A DNA stretch of 64,000 nucleotides. Source: the human T2T-CHM13v2.0 reference genome, Homo sapiens. A program made the position numbers and the translations under genes. Each line of letters opens with the position of its first letter. The first letter of the stretch is position 1. Where the stretch lies: the NCBI RefSeq assembly GCF_009914755.1, contig NC_060932.1; one strand, written 5' to 3'. Under the pieces are notes generated by a model, which made no database searches, was not told the DNA's origin, and saw nothing but the letters and a program-made list of their open reading frames with translations. Below, in pieces: positions 53,831 to 64,000 of the stretch.

Positions 53831-55624
53831 ATTCTTTCCAATTAAATAAAGTTCGAGATATCAGAGTCATATATTATATCCCAACACAACCTCGTAGCCT
53901 CATTTCCTGCTGGGTCACTTGGAAAGCCAAGTATAGCATTTGGCTGGCGTGTTCTCTTTTAAACATAGCTGCCAGTGCTACCTGCAGAGCAGGTGGTGGT
54001 AAGAAGCCAGGTCGCACCTAGGCAGCCAATTGGAAGTTGTTGGATTGCTGAGCTCTGTGGTGATTCCCTGTGCCCCAGTCACAGCAAGTACACAAACTGC
54101 TGGAAAGGAGCCAGTGCCCTCCTGACCTGTGGCTCAGTCACAGCTTAGTCTGTCACTTTCTGAGTAGATGCCGATCAAGGCTTTGGCATGAGAGACTCGA
54201 GAAGAGAAAGCTGGACTGCATCCTCAGCCTGCAAAGCCAAAGGATAGTGCAGCGTTTCTTTCACTTCTCTATCCTATGGTGCAGTCGTTTTTGCCTCCAT
54301 TAAAGGAAGGCATTGGTCTCTCTTCAATTTCACCTAGTGCTGACCATAGCAACAAAGGATAAAACTGCAGCCACCCAAATATTTGCATGCAGGACAGCTT
54401 CAACACAGAATATTCCTATTTCTTGGGCAGAATGTCCAGGCAGGCTGGCATCTTTATACTTCAGGCTGAATTAAAACCAGATGCCTTCCTGCCAGAAATC
54501 TCCCCAGCCAGCTGAAAACTACTTAGAACCTGAGTTCACCAGTGAGGACATGAAAAGAAAAGTTTAAAATATATCTGACATGGTTCTTCAATTCTGATCC
54601 TATTAATTTTCATTTTCCCATTTCTGGAATTATTGCAAAACTCAATTAGTGAGTTTTATGGCTCTGAAAATCTTACCGTCTGGCTAGAGCTCTTCTTTTT
54701 TAAAGCAACTTGTCAATTTTAGAATAGAAAATTACTGATAAATGAGGAAAAGGTGCCAGGTCAGTACATGTAAAACTGTGGCGATTGAATGATATTGAGG
54801 GTAAGTCAGCTGAATATTATTCTCAGCTCAGCACAAAACTGAATAATGAGAGCTGTATAAAAATGACTGCTGCTTCCCAGTGACTCGGTATTCAATATCC
54901 ACCACTACGTTTCAGGATTATTCCTTTAGTTTGACAATGTTACTGAGATTTATCTAGCACCTGTCTTCCAATCACCATGGACAGTGCTTGGGTGATGGAA
55001 TAGACCTCTCCATTTATTCTGGGTGGTTGCTCCCGATAAAGCTGTCCTGCAAAGCTGCCTTTTCACTATAAATCAAAGCCTCTATGTCTAAAGTGTTATT
55101 TAATAATGTTCAAAGCTGTAAGTGGAATCTAGTGGTTCACACTCAGAGCTAAGAGCCAAATACTTTACGCTGCCCTCTTAGCCCAGACACTTTTACTTTA
55201 TGTATAACTTACGACTGTCTCTGTGCTTGGAAACAACTGAATATCTGAGGCCAATTTAACAAATGAAGACCAAGATATCTGCAAGAATGTGATCTTGAAA
55301 TCATTTTATCTTAAATTATATGGTTAATATATGCTTTCCACTTCACTTTGCATTATTCCTCTTCTATTTCCTCTATCAAATAAGTGCAAATATCATTTAG
55401 CTATTGAAAAAATTTTAATATTGTCATGTAGAAAGAGATCTGAAAAACAAAGTATTCAAGATCAGAGAGCTTTCCAAACTTGGAACCAGATTTTAAGTCT
55501 GTTCCTAAGTATGAGTTAATTGCATAAATCTCAAATCATTAACAAATTCTTATTTTTTTTCCTTCAGTCCAAAGTTTCTTAATGATTAATATTGTGCTTA
55601 AATCACATTGAAAGTCCACTCTTT

Positions 55625-57163
<1,539 letters not shown>

Positions 57164-57318
57164 TGAAAGGCCACCCTTTCCAAACAGCATGTTGGTGTGA
57201 GATGTCATGAAGTTTTTATTATACTTACTCCCAAGATGTCTATTCCTCATATAGTGTTACTAAGAATTCCAGGGAAGTCCACTTAATCATTTAGAGTTGC
57301 TTAGATATAGGGAAAAAT

Positions 57319-57543
57319 TGTAGGGTAAACGCACCTGATAGCAATAACAAGCATATCCTGAGACGGCAGACACATCTGAATGTGTGTTCCGAGCTAGAGA
57401 ATCCCCTTCGCCACCACGACTCTCTCCCCTCTATGAAACCCCCTAGTAAAATCCCATGTCTCGTTTGCTGGCTCTGGGTCTCTTCTTTGGCCTCTTGAAC
57501 TTGGTGCCTTACCTACTGAGGTTAATAGAGGTTTGACACAACA
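57319..57543 (+). mobile_element. LTR47-like ERVL LTR with internal deletion
   Basis: tg...taaacgcacctgatagcaataac...gaatgtgtgttccgagcta joined to ccatgtctcgtttgctggctctgggtctcttc...cacaaca. TG...CA termini. Confidence 0.65.
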
Positions 57544-58194
57544 ACAGTGTTCAAGGAATGCCTTATTGCTTCATTTTGATTATTAAAACATCTGAGAAGA
57601 CCCCAAGCCTGGAGCTCCTTGTTATGACCCACTGCTTTTATGAGACCCCCATCCTTCTAAGCTATCCATTCTAAGTGGCTCTTTCCATCCACTTTTTCTG
57701 AATAACTCCTGTGTAAGACCCACTTCCCTCAAATAATTTTCCCAATATTTGTCTCGCTGGCTGTGAGTGAAGTTCAACTTGAAGTTCAATTCCATTTTGA
57801 AAAATTTCTGTTGACCTTGGCAGAGTTTTTGAGGACAGTATTTAACTATTAAGTTTTTCTCCCTCTGGGCCTTTTTTCTTTTTCTTTTTCTGCATTTGAT
57901 TATACTACAAGCTTTAGTTTAAGAACCTTTCAAGCAATTGTTACCATTATAATATAAGAGAGAGATTGCTTTTACTATTCATAAGAATGGTCATGGATTC
58001 AGAGCTAATTAGAGTTGTAAGTAACTTTAAAGTTTACCTTCTGCAACACCATCTGATGCTTCAATCTACTCTACATTATAGATACATCCAATCTTCTGTT
58101 TTACAGAACTGTTCACTGCAATAGTTCTAAGAACTTTACAGATACCTTATGGGAATCCTTTTGTTTCCACTTCACAAGAAAATAGTCAACCCAC

Positions 58195-58795
58195 CATTAT
58201 TTCTAGCTTCTTCAAGGGGTTCCAACTTCTACTTTCAACCCCTTCCCTGTAATTTATTCCTTACATAATAGCCATGGTGATCTTTTTAGAGCATAAGTCA
58301 AGTCATGTCCTTACAGTGACTTCCTGTGAAATTTAACCCCTTACCCCAGGCTACAAGGTCTTGCAAGACTGACCTCAGGTTCCCTCTCTCCAGACTTTTT
58401 TCATGCTGCTTCTCGCCTCTTCTCTCTGTTCTTCAAACTGCTAATCTCTCAGGCCCTTGAGTATGCAGGTTTCTCTTATCTCAAAGCCTTTGCAATTGCC
58501 GGTCCCTCTGCTTATAAATCCCTTCCTGAGTCTTTGGATGCTCAGGGTACAATTCAATGTCACCTTGTCAAAGAGGCTGTTGCTGAGCCACTATCTGAAG
58601 ATGCCCATCCTCCCCACAAATCTTCATCTCTATCCCATTAACTGTTTTGTCTTCTTCACAGAATCCATCACTATCAGAAGTCACTTACTTGTTTGCTTGC
58701 TTGCTGTCATCCACTAAATGTAACCTCCATGGGACCAGGGACCTGCCTTTTGTTTCCTGCGTACACCAGGCACGTAGCCATTTGGATGAATGAGA
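58195..58795 (+). mobile_element. L2 3' region
   Basis: agccatggtgatcttttt...taagtcaagtcatgtc...tcaaagcctttgca...ccactaaatgtaacctccatgggaccagggacc...tggatgaatga. Confidence 0.8.
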
Positions 58796-59084
58796 AATTA
58801 TGATCCAAGTTTTTATAAAACTTACATCTAGTCACACAAGAATGGAAACAAGCTCCTGCTTCTGTGAACATGCCCTGATATTCATGATTCCATGACCTCA
58901 TTCCTATGCTTTTCTTTACCTGAAAGGCTGTTTGTTGTTTTCTGGTTAAATCCTATCATCCTTTAAAACCAGTCCAGCTGCCTTGCCATTTAGGATATCC
59001 AACCTCCTCAGGCTGGATACATAACCAGTTCTAAGCGAATATTCTAATATTATCATGCTCCCTGCAATCTCTACCACTGTGTTT

Positions 59085-59415
59085 TAAAATATTTAATTGG
59101 GAAATATTTAATATATTCAAGATATACAATGGGATGATTGGATATATTATATATATACATTGTGTAATGATTACCACCTAAATATCCATCACCACTCATG
59201 CTATGTATCATATCCCCAGAACTTCTTCATCTTATAACTAAACCTTTGTATCTTTTGATCAGCAGCTCCCCAACCACCACCCACAACCCCCTACTCAACC
59301 TCTGGTAACCACCATTCTACTCTCTGCTTCTGTAAGCTTGACCTTTTTGGATTCCAAAGTGAGATCAGACAGTATTTGTCTTTCTGTGTCTGGCTTACTT
59401 CTCTTATCACAATGT
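59085..59415 (-). mobile_element. L1MA-type 3'UTR fragment
   Basis: tacattgtgtaatgattacca...ccagaacttcttcatcttataact...ctggtaaccaccattctactctctgcttct...gtgagatcagacagtatttgtctttctgtgtctggctt. Confidence 0.88.
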
Positions 59416-59442
59416 TGTATCATTATTTGTTTGGTTGCTGGG

Positions 59443-59811
59443 TGTGTTAGTCTATTCTCACTCTGCTATAAAGAACTTCCTGAGACTGAGTAATTTTAAA
59501 GGAAAGAGGTTTAATTGACTCACAGTTCCACATGGCTGGGGAGGCCGCAGGAAACTTACCATCATGATGGAAGGGGAAGCAAACATGTCCTTCTTCACAT
59601 GATGGCAGGAAGAAGTGCAGAGCAAAGGGAGTAAAGTCCCTTATAAACCCATCAGATCTCATGAGCACTCACTATTACGAGAACAGCATGGGAGAACTGC
59701 CTTCATGATCTAATCACCTCACATGAGGTCCCACTCCCAACACATGGGGATTATAATTTGGACTACAATTCAATATGAGATTTTGGGTGGGGACACAGCC
59801 AAACCATATCA
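59443..59811 (-). mobile_element. THE1D MaLR solo LTR
   Basis: tgtgttagtc...gaggtttaattgactcacagttccacatggctggggagg...ggaagcaaacatgtccttcttcacatg...cagccaaaccatatca. Perfect TSD ctggg (59438-59442, 59812-59816). Confidence 0.92.
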
Positions 59812-62218
59812 CTGGGCTCTTCCAGGAGACAGGGATCTACTGAAGGCCAGGGACTATTCGTCTTTATTTTCCCAGCCCTGAGCTTGCCCCTCATCCCCTG
59901 CACAATAAAAGTTTGTTGAAGGAGAAAGGAACCTTAAACTTCTGACTATAGTTGACTATGTTGCCAAGTTGTATTGTGTGTTCTACAGATGGCAGCCATT
60001 AATATTTTAGTCCACATTTCATTACTAATAATTATTTAGACTTTCAGATTTTTTAAAAATAACACCTTTATAATCTAATGTCTCAATTTAAATTATTTTC
60101 AACATAAAGGGAATGTGGCTTGCTGCTATAATTTTAAAAATAATTTGAGTAGATAATTTGAGTGGTTGCTAGGGATAACCTAAATCCACAAATAATCCAC
60201 AAACCCCATTTTAGAAATTAATTACACCAAACATTGGATCAAAGCTGCTAACCAATAAGGAATTAAATTGATATGAGTTTAACTTCTGTACATTTGTCTT
60301 CCTAACAAAATATGAGAGAAAGGCAGGGAAAAAAGCAATTATAAACAACCCAAATAAGCTCCTGAATAATTGGGAATTGCCTACGTTTGTGTTATCCATT
60401 TCTTATATTTCCCTAGGACTGTCAAGTTCATCCTTGGGAGTGATGAGAGCCATTGAGGAAATAATAAAATACACTCTGCTATGGTTCTTTCACTCTCTGG
60501 AAAGAAAATAAAGTTAATCAAGTTAGCAATTCAGATAAAATCAGAAAGAAAAATGACAGGGATTTAATAATGCTCTTTAATTGAAACAAGTTGTTTTGCC
60601 CTAAGAGAGATGATACCATTTAATCAGGGATTTTTTTTTGACATCCTGTTTTATATGATTGGAGATATCTACTATGAATAATAAGTCATTTGTTTTGTTA
60701 GTGTATTTCTAAAATTTCTGGTATATTGTCTTCTCAAGCAAAGTAACTTTGTCTCCATAAATCCGTTTTTCCTTTGGCAATGGTTTAAATAGATTCAGGA
60801 ACTAAATGTAGAAGATGAGATTCCTTCATTCAGTAACTACTGAGTGCCTGCTGTGTATCAATCACTGGTTTAGGTGCTGAATGAGACACATCATGGGTTT
60901 CATATTTAATGATATATTTCCCCATAACCAGCATACTGAAAAGGCCAATTCCATTTTTAAATTCATAACTATTTCCATATTGAAATGTGACTTGAAGACA
61001 CAGAAAGGTCAATAGTTCTCTGCAAAAATAAAGTTGTTTATAATTAAATGTGAAGGGAGAAAAAACCCAAAAACGAAAAAAAAAAAAGCAAAAAGACTTC
61101 ACTCGCATTTTCACATTTAGTATGCTCACTGCTAATCTGTTTATAAAATTATAAATTATACTAGCTTTTCATGTCAAATCCTACAAGCACAAAAATAACT
61201 TTACAGTATAATTTGACCTAGCCGTATTATTTAATATATGTGCACTCATTTCTGATGAGACCCAGAGCACATTTTGCTCATGAATACCCGTAATCCTTTA
61301 GGCATTTTATGACAAATCTCTTATTAGCCACAATCTTAGCATGAGCAATATATGATAAATGGCCCAGCAAAGGTTGTTCGGTGAATTTGAAATGCTCTCA
61401 GGAAGAGTACCCATGTTTAAGAATCTACCCAATGCTTTATTCTTTATACTTTATTCTCCCTTGTCTGTGTATTTGATTTTCAAACAACCATCCTAAAGTA
61501 CTTTGTAAGACTGCAATATGAGATTGGTTTCTGGAACTGCAGGATTTTCCATGGGATATTTTCTCCTCTTCCTTTACAACTAGGTAAATTCAGCTGGGGT
61601 TCAGATCTGAGGCTGTGAATTATCACTGGAGCATTGCTATCTCAATACTTCTCTGTTTGATTCATTGGACAGATTATTTTACATGATCAGACAATTCGGT
61701 TAATCATCTTCAGGGCCAGGAGAACTTGAGGATATCTTCTGATTTGCTTAATTCTGAATATTTCAAACTGATGATGTCTATCTCAAAGTAAAAACAGTCT
61801 TTAAAGGCACTGTAATAAAAATGGGTGAGAATAATAATCATTGGAAAAAGAGACTCTTAAGGAAGAACAGACATCTCATTTTCCATTTTCTTCTCATTAT
61901 GTCTGCAGAGTAACACTCCCAGGGCTCAGGGATATCAAATTTGATATAAATTCACAAATGAAAGTGACAATAAATCAATGCCTAGAGCTCTTATTTCATT
62001 GCTTCATGCTAGTACTTTCCCCACCAATCATTTGCTGACTATGCTACTGATAAAGTACTCATCATTTTTGCCTCTGATTCTAGTTAGAAAATGAGTCTAC
62101 CTTTCCCCTGACACAGGGAGTAAACTGTGAAATGATAAGCACTTTGCCTAAGAACAGGAAACACTCCATGAAAACACTGAGATGAAAACCTCAAATATGA
62201 CATTTAAATGAATGGGTA

Positions 62219-62430
62219 AGCCTGAGCAACATAGAAAGATCCCGTCTCTGTAATTTTTTTTTTTCACTTAGCTACCCATGGTGGAACACACCTGTACTAG
62301 ATACTTGGGGTGGGGCTGAGCTGGGAGGATGGCTTGAGCCCAGGAGTTTGAAGCTGAAGTAAGCCTTGATCATGCCACTGTGCTCCAGCCAGGGCAACAG
62401 AGCAGGACTCTGTCTCTAAAATAAATAAAT
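62219..62430 (+). mobile_element. 5'-truncated AluJ
   Basis: agcctgagcaacatag...ggaggatggcttgagcccaggagtttgaagctg...gggcaacagagcaggactctgtctctaaaataaat. Confidence 0.85.
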
Positions 62431-62921
62431 ACATCTGAATTTTTTTTTTGCTTTTATGTAAGCTAAAGTGAGTGCTTTAAAGATATTCAGGAAGAGTGTG
62501 TGGCTGAATTTTTTTTTCTTTTTAATTAGTATAAGTATGGCAGTTTTAAAAGATTGGGGAGAGGAAGAGTATAAAACTCCAGACAGATCTTCACACAAAT
62601 TGCTTAGCAAGGGTCTTTAAGGACTCTTTTCACTTTGAAGGAATTACAACTGGAGATTGGAAATGGTAGATTTCAGAGTAAAGTTTTGGAAGAAAGATAA
62701 TGCAGAATTCTAACTGTCTATATCAAAGAAATGAGAGTTGCCTTGCCTCTTCCCTAACCCCCACCCCAGTAAAATATTGGCAAATGAATGTCTTTTATGC
62801 ATTTTACATTAAAATGACATTTTTAAATTATGTATTATGTTTTTTACTGATTTTCTCACTTTAACCAATTTTTGCTTTAATTACTACTATTTTCACTCAT
62901 GTCAGATAAGTCAGCTTTCCT

Positions 62922-63170
62922 GCATAGCAAGGTGGTTGAATACATAGGCTCTGTAGACAGACATCCAGATCTGGTGCTTCTTACTGTTTGTGACTTTAGG
63001 CAAGCTGCTTAACTACTCTGATTTTCTATGTCACTATTTGTGAAATGATGATGGTAATATATCTACTTCTTAAGTTTGTAAAGAGGATTAAATAAGATCA
63101 TTCATATTAAGGACTTGGCATTCTGTTCATCTCTGACAACACAGTAAACTCGTAATAAACAATATCAATT
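62922..63170 (+). mobile_element. MIR
   Basis: gcatagcaaggtggttgaa...ggctctg...tgtgactttaggcaag...atctacttct...gaggattaaataaga. Confidence 0.75.
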
Positions 63171-63202
63171 TAGATATTTTATAGCAAAAATTGTAACCCA
63201 GG

Positions 63203-63580
63203 TGCATTGGTCTCTTTGGCCTGCATAACAAAATACCACAAACTGAGTGGTTTAAACAACAGAAGCTAATTTTCTCACAATTCTGGAGGGTGGAAGTCCA
63301 AAATCAAGGTACCAGCAGGATTGGTTTCTAGTGAAGTGTTTCTCCTCAGTTTGCAGATGATGTCTTCTCATTCTGTCCTCATAAGGCATTTTCTTTGTGC
63401 GCACATAAAGAAAAGGAGTCCTGGGGTCTCTTCTTCTTACAAGAGCAGCAGTCCTATCGGATTAGGGCCCAGCTTCATGACTCCATTTCACCTAATTACC
63501 CCCTGAAAGGCCATTTTTCCAGTATAGTCACATTAGGGCTTCAACATATTATTTTTGGGGAGACTCAAGTTGGTTCAAAC
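63203..63580 (-). mobile_element. MLT1A-family MaLR LTR
   Basis: cataacaaaataccacaaactgagtgg...ttctcacaattctggagg...aagtccaaaatcaagg...ggattagggcc...cctaattacc...ttagggcttcaacatat. Confidence 0.85.
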
Positions 63581-64000
63581 ACTAGTACATTTATACTCTA
63601 CTTATAAAAAGTAGAGTAGCCTTGGGAAGCAGAAATGACCCGTCATGAAGGATGAACTCCAAAGAGTTCTCTCCAAAAAGAGGACAAGTTTCAGTCCACA
63701 GTGATCCAAATTGAAGAGAATTAGAGAACCTGAACTCCATACTTAAATCTACCATTCACTATATGAAATTGCAATAATTACGTAATTTCCTTCTTTCTTA
63801 GATACACACATTAAATCTAATTATAGATGAGCCCATCATCTACTTGCTTCAAAGGATGTATAAAGGACTAACATAACACTGCTTAATACAATAACTAGTC
63901 TGAAATTTCTGGAAAGGGTAAGGTAAATTCCAAGGAGCAAAAACAAGCTTATTCTCCTTGGTTTTATCTTTATTGATTCTTCCATTTGTTCATTAAAAAT

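Noticed and set aside
57768-57790. Two AGTTCA half-sites spaced by 6 nt
   Set aside because: Explained by a simple 12-bp tandem duplication, and DR6 is not a strong canonical nuclear-receptor element.
59983-59998. CTCF-like motif ctacagatggcagc (similar partial matches near 5170, 33070, 37112)
   Set aside because: Mismatches in the 5' core. Such partial matches are expected by chance in 64 kb.

Overview
AT-rich, strongly CpG-depleted primate genomic DNA, most likely human or great ape (AluSp/AluS, THE1C/D, MADE1 and a young L1PA are present). It reads as gene desert or deep intron. I find no credible protein-coding gene, structural RNA gene or CpG island, and I cannot name the locus. The supplied ORFs are short chance ORFs or translations of Alu, L1 and LTR sequence. 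Much of the window is transposon fossil: seven Alus, many L1 fragments (two 5'-inverted or twin-primed, with TSDs), MaLR/ERV solo LTRs, L2, MIR and DNA transposons. Subfamily names come from recalled consensus sequences, and boundaries of old elements are approximate. The most distinctive signals are two short, local, non-tandem templated duplications: a perfect 64-bp copy 1,234 bp apart with fold-back scars, and a 35-bp L2 piece pasted into an MLT2 LTR with microhomology. Also notable are a compact TATA-type promoter-like motif cluster followed by a splice donor (~50.5-50.75 kb) and several minus-strand exon-like segments, including 21-nt and 36-nt frame-preserving candidates. I see no well-supported novel biological system. 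The findings below are hypotheses for checking.
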